From: Ktedonobacterales bacterium
GTDB lineage: Bacteria; Chloroflexota; Ktedonobacteria; Ktedonobacterales; JADMIN01
Assembly (NCBI GenBank): GCA_052143275.1
Contig: JBKQTH010000034.1
Span: forward strand, 1 to 55,306
Direction: 5' to 3'
DNA length: 55,306 bases
The notes below the pieces were generated by a model that was not told where the DNA came from, searched no databases, and saw only the letters and a program-made list of their open reading frames with translations. The position numbers were made by a program, and so were the translations under genes. Positions 19,174-29,204 of this stretch are shown in pieces. Positions within the stretch are counted from its first letter, which is position 1; each line of letters begins with the position of its first letter.

Positions 19174-20166
19174 CTATACCCGGGTGTCAATCGGGGTAGG
19201 AACAGTACCAAACTCAATCACTAGCAGGTCCAGGGCCATTTCAGGGGTCATCTTGCTGCGTTTCAGCGAGGAGTCGATGTCCCTTAGCCGGCGGTGCGTG
19301 GCCTCGAGCTCTGCAATCGAAAACTGGCTCGCTATCGGCAGCAGTTTCTGGACCAGGAACGGAGCCAAGCCCGTGGCCTGCGCAATGGCCGGTGTGCGCA
19401 GTCCTCGCTCAGCCAGCGCCTGTATCTGGATCAGGGATCGAGTCTGTCCAGCCGTAAGAGCCACGATACCCAGTGGGGACTCGCCATCTTCCAGCAGCTC
19501 ATGTAACAATGACAGCGCGCGCCTGTGGCTGCGTCGCGAAAGGGCATCGGTGAGATCAAAGATGCGCGTCTTCTGCAGTACCGGCGTAAGTGCCCGAACA
19601 TGCTCTATGCCGATGCATCCATCCGGCCCCACGTAGGTGCCGAGCTTTTCAATCTCCACCGCCAGTACCCGCAAGTTGTCGCCGCCTTCCTGCGCCAGAA
19701 TGTGCGCCGCCTCTCGAGTCAAATCTCTACCAGCGGCTCGAGCCCGCTTCATCAGCCAGGTTTCCAGCTCCATTCCTCGCGGGCTGTTATAGACTTGCAC
19801 CTTACCGTGGCTCTTTGCGACCTTCACCAGTGGACTTGAGGCGTCGAGTACCTCTCCTGTAATAACTACCAGCAGGGTTGACTCGGGCATCTGTGGGATA
19901 TGGTGTGCCAGAGCCTCGGTAAAGGACCTGTGGTCTAGGGGCGTAGATTTTCGCTTCCTCACCACCGCTTTGGGTAAACCCTCGACCACCACCAGGCGAC
20001 GGCTGGAAAAAAACGGCAACGTGTCGCAGGCGGCCAGAATCGACTCCACGCTGCTCTCTATGCCGCTGAAGGTGTCGATGCTAAAGGCCAGGTCCGGCTC
20101 CGCCTTTAGCCGGGCTAGCTCTTCATGAGCAGTAAACTCATCGGGACCATGCAGCAAAATGAACAT
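19174..20166 (-). CDS. holA: DNA polymerase III delta subunit
   Basis: ILLHGPDEF, CDTLPFFSSRRLVVV, EIEKLGTY, IFDLTDAL, DSSLKRS. Confidence 0.92.
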   Translation of the reverse strand: MFILLHGPDEFTAHEELARLKAEPDLAFSIDTFSGIESSVESILAACDTLPFFSSRRLVVVEGLPKAVVRKRKSTPLDHRSFTEALAHHIPQMPESTLLVVITGEVLDASSPLVKVAKSHGKVQVYNSPRGMELETWLMKRARAAGRDLTREAAHILAQEGGDNLRVLAVEIEKLGTYVGPDGCIGIEHVRALTPVLQKTRIFDLTDALSRRSHRRALSLLHELLEDGESPLGIVALTAGQTRSLIQIQALAERGLRTPAIAQATGLAPFLVQKLLPIASQFSIAELEATHRRLRDIDSSLKRSKMTPEMALDLLVIEFGTVPTPIDTRV

Positions 20167-21245
20167 TATGCCGGCTTCCAGACCTGTACTGTTTTGTCAT
20201 TGCTGGCCGAGGCGATCAGGTGACCGTCCCGGGACCAGCGTACCGCATTCACCGAACCGATTGGCACATTGTCGCTCGTTTGGCCGGTTGTCATGTGACC
20301 GTCGTAGGTCAGGATCCGCCTACCGGAATCAGGATTCCAAACTTGAACCGTCTCATCCTGGCTTCCCGTGGCTACCAGCCCATTGCTGCCGGACCAGTGG
20401 ATGCAGTTGACCGACTCGGTGTGGCCGGTATAGGTAAAGAGGGTCTGGCCGGTTCCGCCATCCCAGATCTGGGCGGTGGTGTCGGCGCTGCACGAGGCCA
20501 CACGGCTGGAATCGGCTGCCCATGTGACGCCGAGTACCTCACGGCTATGATTCCAATAGAAAACAGGGTGGTCACCGGTTAGCGCATCCCAGACCTGAGC
20601 CGAGTAGTCGCCGCTTCCGCTGGCGAGCCGTTGACCACTGGGAGACCAGGCGACTGTCGCTACATAACGAAGATAATGGCTTCGCGAATAGACGAAATGG
20701 CCGCTGGTGGCTTCCCAAACCTGCACGGTACGATCGTTGCCGCCGCTTGCGATATAGATGCTGTCGGGCGACCATGAAAGGTCATCCACGTCACCCGTGT
20801 GTCCTTTGTAGGTACAGAGAAGTTTTCCGGTAGTGGAGTCCCAGACCTGAGCGGTGGCATCGGCGCTTCCGGAGACGATTGTCTTACTATCCGGCGACCA
20901 GGCTACAGACCAGACGCGCGCCGAGTGACCAGTGTAGGTATACGCGTGCGCTCCAGTGGCGGCATTCCAGATTTGCACAGTTTTGTCATCGCTGGCTGAG
21001 GCTATATTGCTGCCATCAGGTGACCAGCTCACCTCGTTTACTGCGGCCGAGTGCCCACGGTAGACCAAAAGCGGTGTAGAAAGAACCGCTCCCCCCCGCA
21101 CTGCGGGTGGAGTGGACTGGTTCTGTGGCTCCGTTTTCCCAAGCAGAGCACAGCCAGTCAAGCCAGCAAAGGTAGTTGTCAGCGCAAGTCCGGCCGCTCC
21201 TTTGACCGCTACTCTCCGGGAGAAGCGCAGGCCAACTTTATCCAT
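20166..21245 (-). CDS. WD40-repeat protein with Tat signal and lipobox
   Basis: SRRVAVKG...LTGC; about seven GH-x-VxSVAWSPD...DKTVQVW repeats. Confidence 0.9.
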   Translation of the reverse strand: MDKVGLRFSRRVAVKGAAGLALTTTFAGLTGCALLGKTEPQNQSTPPAVRGGAVLSTPLLVYRGHSAAVNEVSWSPDGSNIASASDDKTVQIWNAATGAHAYTYTGHSARVWSVAWSPDSKTIVSGSADATAQVWDSTTGKLLCTYKGHTGDVDDLSWSPDSIYIASGGNDRTVQVWEATSGHFVYSRSHYLRYVATVAWSPSGQRLASGSGDYSAQVWDALTGDHPVFYWNHSREVLGVTWAADSSRVASCSADTTAQIWDGGTGQTLFTYTGHTESVNCIHWSGSNGLVATGSQDETVQVWNPDSGRRILTYDGHMTTGQTSDNVPIGSVNAVRWSRDGHLIASASNDKTVQVWKPA

Positions 21246-21278
21246 TTGACTTTCTCACCTACAAGAGACCTGGTGGAG

Positions 21279-22100
21279 TTACCGAACTGGATCAGGTACC
21301 GCCGTGTCGGGGGCTTCGGCCATCTGGCCAAACGCCATACGGGTCAGCTTACGTGGTGGATCGAGTACCATGCTCCAGAAGCACTGCCCAATATAGGACG
21401 TAACCGGTAGCCGCTCAGGTTTCTTTTCTTGGCCGCCGTCAATGGTGCGCTTGTTGAGTATGGCCTGGCGCAGGTCAGCGGCGGTCTCGCCAGGGAACAG
21501 CGTGTAGCCCGCGCCAATGTGCTGCCAGAAATGGGCGTCGCTGCTGCCGATAGCGGCAAATCCCCACTGCTGATTGAGTTCACGCACCTGAGACCGCACC
21601 CACGCGTTAGCCGGTGATGGATTGTAAAGCTCAATGCCGTCTATGGGATAGCCCCGACGCAGAAGCTCCTCGATTTTCTTCCGGCTCAGGCTAGGCACTA
21701 GACGTCCCATGGGATGAGGAATGATACAGAGGCCGCCCTGCTCCTTGATGGCATCGATTGCGCCTTCTACATGGATGAGGAACTTCACCGGTCGCTTCAT
21801 AAAGAGGCCCAGGAAATGGCCCTCTCGAGCAGTTACCTCGCAGCCCCAAATCATTTCGATATCGCTTCCCTCACGGTCGATGATCTCCTGTACCCTCTTG
21901 GCGCCCTCCATGTGGTCGTGATCGGTAACGGCAATCACACTGAGACCGCGACGCTTGGCTTCTTGCAGCACTCGCCGCGGGCTGGCGGTGCCATCACCTA
22001 GATTAGTGTGCAGATGCAGATCCGCCTTGTGGAGCTTGTTGCCTGCCCTATCCGGTTGCTCGCCCACAAGATCGGAAGCAGTCATTGAAACTTCACGCAT
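21279..22100 (-). CDS. PHP-domain metallophosphoesterase
   Basis: DLHLHT, VTDHD, IIPHP, GSSDAH. Confidence 0.9.
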   Translation of the reverse strand: MREVSMTASDLVGEQPDRAGNKLHKADLHLHTNLGDGTASPRRVLQEAKRRGLSVIAVTDHDHMEGAKRVQEIIDREGSDIEMIWGCEVTAREGHFLGLFMKRPVKFLIHVEGAIDAIKEQGGLCIIPHPMGRLVPSLSRKKIEELLRRGYPIDGIELYNPSPANAWVRSQVRELNQQWGFAAIGSSDAHFWQHIGAGYTLFPGETAADLRQAILNKRTIDGGQEKKPERLPVTSYIGQCFWSMVLDPPRKLTRMAFGQMAEAPDTAVPDPVR

Positions 22101-22247
22101 ATATAGTAACAGTGTGCCTTTCTCTGGTAGTAATCCAGGGTGACAGCTCGGCCGGTATGGGCTGGCTCTTTGCCAATGACCGCCAGACCCACCACCTATT
22201 GTACCCCATTCCTAGACCGTGCCTAGTTGTTCATGGTACATGAGTGC

Positions 22248-22281
22248 CCAGACATCTGCAAGGTCCAGACATCTGCAAGGT
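22248..22281. repeat. Perfect 17-bp tandem duplication
   Basis: CCAGACATCTGCAAGGT x2. Confidence 0.9.
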
Positions 22282-22308
22282 ATAGAAATGAGTAAATTTA
22301 TTCGAGGG

Positions 22309-22337
22309 TTGTATACACCGTTTGGTCATGGTATACT
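22309..22337 (+). promoter_or_regulatory. Sigma70-type promoter for CxxC-x17-CxxC gene
   Basis: TTGTAT-17 nt-TATACT with extended TG. Confidence 0.6.
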
Positions 22338-22574
22338 GGCCGCGAAGATGCGAACAGCGTCTTCTACGTGTGAATGGGGATCACACGTACGTTCATAAAC
22401 GCTCGTCGGTGGCCTGCATGGGTAACACGTCAGCCTCGAATACTGGGACGGTGTCCCTCAGTTCTCCCCCACAGCGTTCTGTCCCCTTAGTAGGGTATGC
22501 CCCATTATCAGTTATGGGACAACATTGGTTCATTTGCTAGAGGCGTGAATGAGCCGCAAGAGAGGAAACCAAGT

Positions 22575-22907
22575 TTGGCCACCGATCAGACACTGCGGTG
22601 TCGCGAATGCGGCCGTGATTTCATTTTCACGGTTGGTGAGCAAGAATTCTATGCCAGTCGCGGCTTGATGAACACCCCGTCTCGCTGCCCCGAGTGCCGA
22701 GCCGCACGCAAGGCGTCTATGTCCGGAGGCTCCTACGGAGGCGATCGCGCCCCCCGTCAAATGTATACCGCAACTTGCTCCTCGTGTGGTGGCGAGGCAC
22801 GCGTGCCGTTCCAGCCACGAGGCGACAAGCCGGTGTACTGCAGCAACTGTTTTCAGCAGACTGGCGGTAGCAGCCGAAACAGCGGTGGCTACGGCTCGCG
22901 CTGGTAA
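22575..22907 (+). CDS. CxxC-x17-CxxC / zinc-ribbon domain protein
   Basis: DQTLRCRECGRDFIFTVGEQEFY...PSRCPECR and ATCSSCGGEARVPFQPRGDKPVYCSNCF; TTG start after GAGG. Confidence 0.92.
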   Translation: MATDQTLRCRECGRDFIFTVGEQEFYASRGLMNTPSRCPECRAARKASMSGGSYGGDRAPRQMYTATCSSCGGEARVPFQPRGDKPVYCSNCFQQTGGSSRNSGGYGSRW

Positions 22908-22940
22908 GTCCATTCACGCCTGGTAGGCAGGTATTATGCG

Positions 22941-22972
22941 CGCTCGGACCTGTACTTGGTCCGAGCGTTTTT
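22941..22972 (+). terminator. Intrinsic terminator
   Basis: 10-bp stem CGCTCGGACC/GGTCCGAGCG followed by TTTTT. Confidence 0.8.
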
Positions 22973-22998
22973 GCTTTATGCAGTGAGGTATCGCATCA

Positions 22999-23820
22999 GT
23001 GAAATATCAGTGGCTGGTTCTGGATGTGGACGGCACCCTTCTCGATTCACAGCACGTGCTGCGGCCGCGGGTGTCGGAGGCGGTGGCGGCCGCCGCAGCT
23101 GGAGGGCTGAAGGTGATACTGGCGACCGGCAAGCTACTTGGCTCAGTGCAACCTTTGCTGGACCAGATGCAGATCAGTGGGCCGCAGATAGTGCTTAACG
23201 GTGCCGCTATCTGCGATAGCGTAACCAGTAAGCCGATACGCTACTGCCCGCTGGCGATGCCGGCCCGTATAGCTATTATCCAGAAGGTTCGCGGCTACAA
23301 TCCTGATGTGCTCGTCTCCTGTTTTGGGCTGGATACGATCTACATGGATACGCTGCATCCACGAAGGCATATCTTCGATGAGTATGGTGAGAAGCCGCCG
23401 GTGCTGGTGCCGGACCTCCTCTCCTCCGACCTCCCGGCCACAGCTAAAGTCCTGGCACACGGCGACATCGCCGAGCTGGCAACCTTACGCCAGGTCATGC
23501 GGGACGATCTCCCGACTGGAGCCACCATGACCAGCACAACCGCCGACTTCCTCGAGTTCTTTGATTCAGAGGCAGGCAAAGGAATAGCAATGGCTGATCT
23601 TCGCTTACGGTATGGAATCACCAAAGAAGCGGTGATTGCCATAGGTGACGGTGATAACGATGTACCCTTGCTGGCCGAAGCGGGTCTGGCGATTGCGATG
23701 GCCAACGGCACACCGGCGGCGCGAGCGGCGGCCGTGCGCATTGCTCCCAGCAACGACCAGGACGGCGTTGCCGTGGTTCTTGAGGAGCTGCTGGCTGAAG
23801 AAGCCAGGTCAGATCGCTAA
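22999..23820 (+). CDS. Cof-type HAD-IIB hydrolase
   Basis: LDVDGTLL, ATGK, GKG, IGDGDND, SNDQDGVA. Confidence 0.92.
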   Translation: MKYQWLVLDVDGTLLDSQHVLRPRVSEAVAAAAAGGLKVILATGKLLGSVQPLLDQMQISGPQIVLNGAAICDSVTSKPIRYCPLAMPARIAIIQKVRGYNPDVLVSCFGLDTIYMDTLHPRRHIFDEYGEKPPVLVPDLLSSDLPATAKVLAHGDIAELATLRQVMRDDLPTGATMTSTTADFLEFFDSEAGKGIAMADLRLRYGITKEAVIAIGDGDNDVPLLAEAGLAIAMANGTPAARAAAVRIAPSNDQDGVAVVLEELLAEEARSDR

Positions 23821-24299
23821 GCCTTGTAGCCAAACCGGCGTAGAAGTACTTTGCGCTCGGAGATATCCTCCTCAGTTTCGATCCCTTTGGTATGGTAGCC
23901 ATCGACGACGCCAAGGATACCCCGTCCTTGCTCGGTCTCGGCGACAATTACTTCAACGGGATTGGCGGTGGCGCAGAAGATGCCGCAGACTTCCTGGACT
24001 CGGTGAATGGCAGGCAGCACATTGATAGGGTAGCTGTTGCGTAGGAGTATCAGAAAGGCATGTCCGGTTCCCAGCTCGAGCATGATGTTGCTGGCGAGTT
24101 TGGTGAGCTCCTCATCAGTTCCGCTCCAGCGGACCAGTGCGGGCCCTGAAGCCTCACAAAACGCCAGCCCAAATTGTATGCCCGGTACCGAGTTTATCAG
24201 CGCTTCGTGTAAGTCTTCAACCGTCTTGATGAAGTGACTCTGCCCTAGAATCACATTGATGTCTTCCGGCGTACGCAGTGGAATGACTTTTAGCTCCAT
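23817..24299 (-). CDS. Adenosine-specific kinase family (DUF355) protein
   Basis: GQSHFIKTVEDL, FCEASG, IFCATANP, GRGILGVVDG. Confidence 0.88.
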   Translation of the reverse strand: MELKVIPLRTPEDINVILGQSHFIKTVEDLHEALINSVPGIQFGLAFCEASGPALVRWSGTDEELTKLASNIMLELGTGHAFLILLRNSYPINVLPAIHRVQEVCGIFCATANPVEVIVAETEQGRGILGVVDGYHTKGIETEEDISERKVLLRRFGYKA

Positions 24300-24607
24300 A
24301 TCAGCAAGCTCCCCCGGGGATTATCCGTCGAACAATCTGGAAGTTGTGTCTCACGCCCGCATCTCGGGGGAGTATACCTCGGGCGGATCCAACTGCTCAA
24401 GAACCAGCTTGCAGGAAATCCGGTGGCAGCGCCAGAGAGCGGTATGGATTATGCCTGGATTATGTCTCTAGGTAGCAGCGGTGACTGGCTTTTATCTTCT
24501 TCTGTCTCCTATCTCGGTTGACTCAGTAAGTGCACAGTGCCATAATAGCAGCGATTACGGGCCAAGGATACAGGTTGCGCCACACTACGCGCAGAGCAGC
24601 GAGAACT

Positions 24608-25621
24608 ATGCAGTATACGGAAAGCGTAGCCCGGACGAGGTCTGGCGTCGGAGAATCCGGGCAGGCGCCAAAAACCACAGTTGGCATATCAGTGGTTGTA
24701 CCCGTCTACAACGAACGGGAAAGCTTGCAGCTACTCTACGACGCTCTGACCAAGGAACTTCAGAAAATCGCCGTACCTTATGAGATTATCTTTGTCGACG
24801 ACGGCAGCAGTGACGGCTCCTTTACCACGATTTCGCAGCTGCATGAGCAAGATAATCATGTACACGCCATCCGTTTTCGGCGCAACTTTGGTAAGACGGC
24901 TGCGCTGGTCGCCGGCTTCCAACGTACGGCCGGAGAGGTGGTTTTTACGATGGATGCCGACCTGCAGGACGATCCCACCGAGATTCCCAAGTTCCTGGAT
25001 AAGCTGGCTGAGGGCTATGATCTCGTCAGCGGGTGGAAGTATCCGCGCCATGACCCTATCACCAAGACGCTGCCGTCGTTCATCTTCAATCGTATGCTGG
25101 TTGCTACCACCACCGGCGTCAAGCTGCATGATATCAACTGCGGATTCAAGGCCTATCGCCGTGAGATCATTGAAGATATCAAGCTGTACGGCGAGCTGCA
25201 TCGCTTCATTCCGGTTCTGGCGAAACAGCGCGGCTTCAATATCACCGAAGTCAAGGTACACCACCATAAGCGCAAGTTCGGAAAGTCCAAGTTCGGCGCC
25301 CGGCGCTTCTTCCGCGGCTTTCTCGATCTGCTTACGGTGCTCTTCCTGATGTCCTATCTGCGCACGCCGCTGCGGCTGTTTGGCGGACTGGGACTGCTTT
25401 CCGTGCTGGCCGGCCTCGCGGTGGAAATTTACATCGTGGCCGACCGTTTCCTGCCGTTTGGCTCGCACGAGGCCATCCACAATCGTCCACTACTCTTTGT
25501 AGGAATTATGTTGCTCATATTCGGCGTCAGCTTTATCCTCACTGGATTGCAGAGCGAGATGATCCGCCACTTTGCCTACCGGCCTGAGGAGGAATACAGT
25601 GTCAGGCAGGTGCTGGATTGA
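24608..25621 (+). CDS. GT2 polyprenol-phosphate glycosyltransferase (ArnC/GtrB-like)
   Basis: VVVPVYNE, FVDDGSSD, RNFGKTAA, MDADLQD, two C-terminal TM helices. Confidence 0.92.
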   Translation: MQYTESVARTRSGVGESGQAPKTTVGISVVVPVYNERESLQLLYDALTKELQKIAVPYEIIFVDDGSSDGSFTTISQLHEQDNHVHAIRFRRNFGKTAALVAGFQRTAGEVVFTMDADLQDDPTEIPKFLDKLAEGYDLVSGWKYPRHDPITKTLPSFIFNRMLVATTTGVKLHDINCGFKAYRREIIEDIKLYGELHRFIPVLAKQRGFNITEVKVHHHKRKFGKSKFGARRFFRGFLDLLTVLFLMSYLRTPLRLFGGLGLLSVLAGLAVEIYIVADRFLPFGSHEAIHNRPLLFVGIMLLIFGVSFILTGLQSEMIRHFAYRPEEEYSVRQVLD

Positions 25622-26718
25622 GCTCGCCACATGACGGCTTGCAGAAGCCGGCTCCCAGTTCAGCAGCCACCAGTGTTGGGGCGGGCGCGGTGCGTGTAAA
25701 TCGACTGCTGAGCAGGGTATCTGAGCTATTCAGGCGCTACAAGACGCTGGTGACGGTGGTGGTTCTGGCGCTCATCGCGGTATTTCTGGGCACCGGTGTC
25801 TGGAGCAGCTGGTCAACACTGTCGCATTATCACTGGGAGGTCCGGTGGTGGCTCTTTGTTGCTGCATTCCTGTTGCTCGTCACCCAGGAGTTGTCGTACG
25901 CGTTCATCTGGCGCGGTATACTGGCTCGTCTGGGAAGCCGGCTAGACATCGTCTCCAGCCAGCGCATCTACCTTGGGGCCGAGTTTGTTCGCTACATACC
26001 AGGTAATGTCTGGCACGTCATCACCAGGGTGCTCTGGGCGGAGCAGCGGGGTGTGCCCAAGTCGGTGGGATTCGCCAGCATGGTGGTCGAGCTGGCCACC
26101 AAGATCACCGGAGCCGCGCTCATCTTTGTCCTGAGTCTCTTTTTCTGGCCAAGTGTCGGAGCGCTGACCACACGGCTGAATATCCCACATGAGCTGCTAG
26201 CTAGCGCGGCGGCTATCGCGGTCCCGCTACTGCTTGGAGGTCTCTATCCGCCAATCCTGCAGGCGACCCTGAACTTTATCCTGAGGAAGCTGGGACGGGA
26301 GCCTATTAGAATCACACTGCACTATGGCGACATCTTGCTCATCACGGCGTTCTGGATGATGAGCTGGCTCGTCGCCGGCGCCGGGTTCTATCTCCTCATC
26401 GAGTCGATCGCCAACATCCCGGTTTCTCCGGCAGGGCTGGCGGTGGCGATCGGCATCTATGCGATCGGCTGGGACGTAGGCTTTTTATCCTTTGTCACGC
26501 CCAGCGGCCTTGGCTTTAGGGAAGCCGCCATTATTGTGCTGCTAACCGCTTCGAATCTGGTACCAAGTGTAGCCATCGCCACTGTGCTGGCGTTTGTCGC
26601 CCGCCTGCTGGCTACGGCCTCTGAATTGCTCTGCATCACTATCGCTCACATTGCCCCAGGAGCGCCGGCTCCGCCGCAGGCAGATCTCGTAAAGCACGCT
26701 CAGACGGAACTGCCCTAA
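25618..26718 (+). CDS. Lysylphosphatidylglycerol-synthase TM (flippase-like) membrane protein
   Basis: RYIPGNVW, PSGLGFREA; overlaps the GT2 stop. Confidence 0.82.
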   Translation: MSSPHDGLQKPAPSSAATSVGAGAVRVNRLLSRVSELFRRYKTLVTVVVLALIAVFLGTGVWSSWSTLSHYHWEVRWWLFVAAFLLLVTQELSYAFIWRGILARLGSRLDIVSSQRIYLGAEFVRYIPGNVWHVITRVLWAEQRGVPKSVGFASMVVELATKITGAALIFVLSLFFWPSVGALTTRLNIPHELLASAAAIAVPLLLGGLYPPILQATLNFILRKLGREPIRITLHYGDILLITAFWMMSWLVAGAGFYLLIESIANIPVSPAGLAVAIGIYAIGWDVGFLSFVTPSGLGFREAAIIVLLTASNLVPSVAIATVLAFVARLLATASELLCITIAHIAPGAPAPPQADLVKHAQTELP

Positions 26719-26749
26719 ATAAACCTCAGCCCACCCAAACACTTGGGAC

Positions 26750-27430
26750 TCAGGAATCGATGCTCACCAGCGTGATGTCAAAGATCAACGTGGCATTAGC
26801 AGGTATCGTAGGCGGCTCGCCCTGTGACCCGTAGCCAAGCGACGGAGGGATAATAAGCCGGCGCACGCCGCCGGGCTTCATGCCGATCAGGCCCGTGTTC
26901 CACCCGGATATCACTTGGGCCTGTCCTACGTTTTGCACTTGGTAGGTGCCGTTGCCGCCATGCAGGTAGGAGCTATCGAAGAGTTTGCCGTTAGATTGTA
27001 GCCAACCATGGTAGATCACGGTCACATTATCTCCGGACTTTACCGCTGGACCACAACCTACTTTGACATTAATGTACTTCAGGCCACTACTGGCGTCGAT
27101 GGTGGCGCCGGTGACCTTGGGAGGTGAGGAGGGCGGCTTTAAGGCCGGGACCGGTCCAACTGGCGTAGCGGTGGGCGCCGGGCAGGCGGAGGCCGTCTTC
27201 GGGGTGCTGGAATGGCCGGCCTGGGCAAAGGGATTGTGAGTGACCAGGAGGGTCACAACGCCAGCAATGAAGACGCAGGCGACAAGAATCTCAAATATAC
27301 GAGTACGGCGCCGGCGCTCGTAGGCACGCCGTGCGGCTCGTGCCTGGCGCTTATTGAGCGTCGTTCTGATGGTGGTTGTGTTGGCGGCTCCGGTTGAACG
27401 AGACTTACTGGTCGGTGACTGTGACGGCAT
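26750..27430 (-). CDS. Membrane-anchored FKBP-type peptidyl-prolyl isomerase
   Basis: YHGWL..GKLFDSS, VISGWNTGLIGMKPGGVRRLIIPPSLGYG, IPANATLIFDI; basic N-terminus plus TM. Confidence 0.93.
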   Translation of the reverse strand: MPSQSPTSKSRSTGAANTTTIRTTLNKRQARAARRAYERRRRTRIFEILVACVFIAGVVTLLVTHNPFAQAGHSSTPKTASACPAPTATPVGPVPALKPPSSPPKVTGATIDASSGLKYINVKVGCGPAVKSGDNVTVIYHGWLQSNGKLFDSSYLHGGNGTYQVQNVGQAQVISGWNTGLIGMKPGGVRRLIIPPSLGYGSQGEPPTIPANATLIFDITLVSIDS

Positions 27431-27675
27431 CTGCTGGCGATCCCTTCCCCCTCACATGAAACGCGGAAAGTATAGCGAATGTATTGCCTTGCCAGTATAC
27501 CGCTCACCGCTCTCGGCGCGCAACCATGGTGAGGCGGGTGGTGCAAGTCATGCAGAAATGCCACATTGAGAATACTGGCAATCTGTCCAGTGCTTTTGGG
27601 GTGCCTATCGCAGTAAGCTGAATGGATAGGTATATCTTTCGTTTCACTCACATCCACTGTTAGGATAGTACTCTA

Positions 27676-29166
27676 ATGAAGAAACCGGCTTACAAATGGG
27701 TGGCACTGGCAGTTACGACAATTGGCTCGCTCATGGTCGCGATTGACTCGACGATAGTGATTTTAGCACTACCTAATATGCTCCAGGACTTGCACTCCAA
27801 TTTGGTGCGCATGACTTGGGTGATCATTGGCTACCTCCTCGTCAACACTGTCCTTTTGCTGACCTTTGGCCGCATGGCTGACATGTTTGGCCGTGTACGG
27901 CTCTACAACCTCGGCTTTGTGGTCTTCACTGTTGGATCAGTGCTCTGTGGTCTTGCCCAGAGCGACACTATGCTCATTGCCTCGCGCTTTATACAGGGAG
28001 CCGGAGGCGCCATGCTCGCGGCCAACGGCATGGCAATTATTACCGAGGTGTTCCCAGCGGAGCAACGTGGTCAGGCTATGGGCTTCAACGCGGTCACCTG
28101 GGGGCTTGGGAGCATGCTCGGCCCAGTTCTGGGCGGAATTATCCTGGCATTTAGTTCATGGCGCTGGATATTTCTGGTAAACTTACCGATCGGCATCGTG
28201 GCCACTCTAGCGGCCTACCTCTTGCTCCACGATACGGCGCCCACCCCAAAGGGCGAGCGCTTCGACCTGGTTGGTGCTCTGCTCTTTAGTGTGGGGTTGG
28301 TTGCGTTACTGCTTGGCATTACAGGTGGTATTGGACCGGGCTGGATCTCTCCAGGGATCCTCACGCTTTTCGCCATTTCCCTGGCGTGTCTGGTAGCATT
28401 CGTCATACGAGAGCGCCATGTTGCCTATCCCATGCTTGATCTGCACCTGTTCGACAACCACCAGTATGCGTTCTCAGTCGCGGCGGCGGCGTTGCAATCC
28501 CTCTCGGTCTTCGCCGTCAACTTCCTGCTGATCTTTTATCTGCAGGGCGTGCGGGGCTACAGCCCTCTCATCGCCGCACTGCTCATTCTGCCGCTGCCGG
28601 TGGTGACCTCGATTGTCGGGCCACTGAGCGGGCGCTGGGCGGACCGGAGAGGCGGCACCATGCCGGCAACCATGGGGTTGGTGGTGCAATGCACGGCACT
28701 GCTGCTGCTGGTCTTCTTGCGGCCGGCAACACCATACGTAGTGCTGGGAGTGGCACTGGCTTTGCTGGGCCTTGGCGGCGGGCTCTTCTGGTCGCCTAAT
28801 ACCAGTATTACTATGGGGGCGGCCCCCCGTAACCGGCTGGGCGTAGCTTCAGCAACACTCAACACTATGCGCAATCTGGGCATGATGTTCAGTTTTGCTT
28901 TGGCCCTGGCAGTGGCAGCCGCGGCCATGCCGCCTGCGACCATGAACGCCGTCTTCCTGGGGACAGTCGGGCGCCTTGACTCTTCCATATCCGCCGCATT
29001 TACCAACGGCATGGGACGGGCATTCCTGGCATCAGCCGCGATAAGCGGTATAGCCATACTCTGCTCGTCACTACGCAATCGCCGGCACCTGGCGGCGTCC
29101 TCGCGCCGTACTTCCATCAGTCCTGCGGACAGTAGCGACAGGTTGCAGGTGGTAAGTAAACGCTAG
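27676..29166 (+). CDS. MFS drug:H+ antiporter, DHA2 (EmrB/QacA) family
   Basis: IDSTIVILALP, GRMADMFGR, GPVLGG, WRWIFLVNLPIG. Confidence 0.92.
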   Translation: MKKPAYKWVALAVTTIGSLMVAIDSTIVILALPNMLQDLHSNLVRMTWVIIGYLLVNTVLLLTFGRMADMFGRVRLYNLGFVVFTVGSVLCGLAQSDTMLIASRFIQGAGGAMLAANGMAIITEVFPAEQRGQAMGFNAVTWGLGSMLGPVLGGIILAFSSWRWIFLVNLPIGIVATLAAYLLLHDTAPTPKGERFDLVGALLFSVGLVALLLGITGGIGPGWISPGILTLFAISLACLVAFVIRERHVAYPMLDLHLFDNHQYAFSVAAAALQSLSVFAVNFLLIFYLQGVRGYSPLIAALLILPLPVVTSIVGPLSGRWADRRGGTMPATMGLVVQCTALLLLVFLRPATPYVVLGVALALLGLGGGLFWSPNTSITMGAAPRNRLGVASATLNTMRNLGMMFSFALALAVAAAAMPPATMNAVFLGTVGRLDSSISAAFTNGMGRAFLASAAISGIAILCSSLRNRRHLAASSRRTSISPADSSDRLQVVSKR

Positions 29167-29204
29167 AGCTGCGATTGCCTATGCTGGCACGATGAAATGT
29201 GGTT

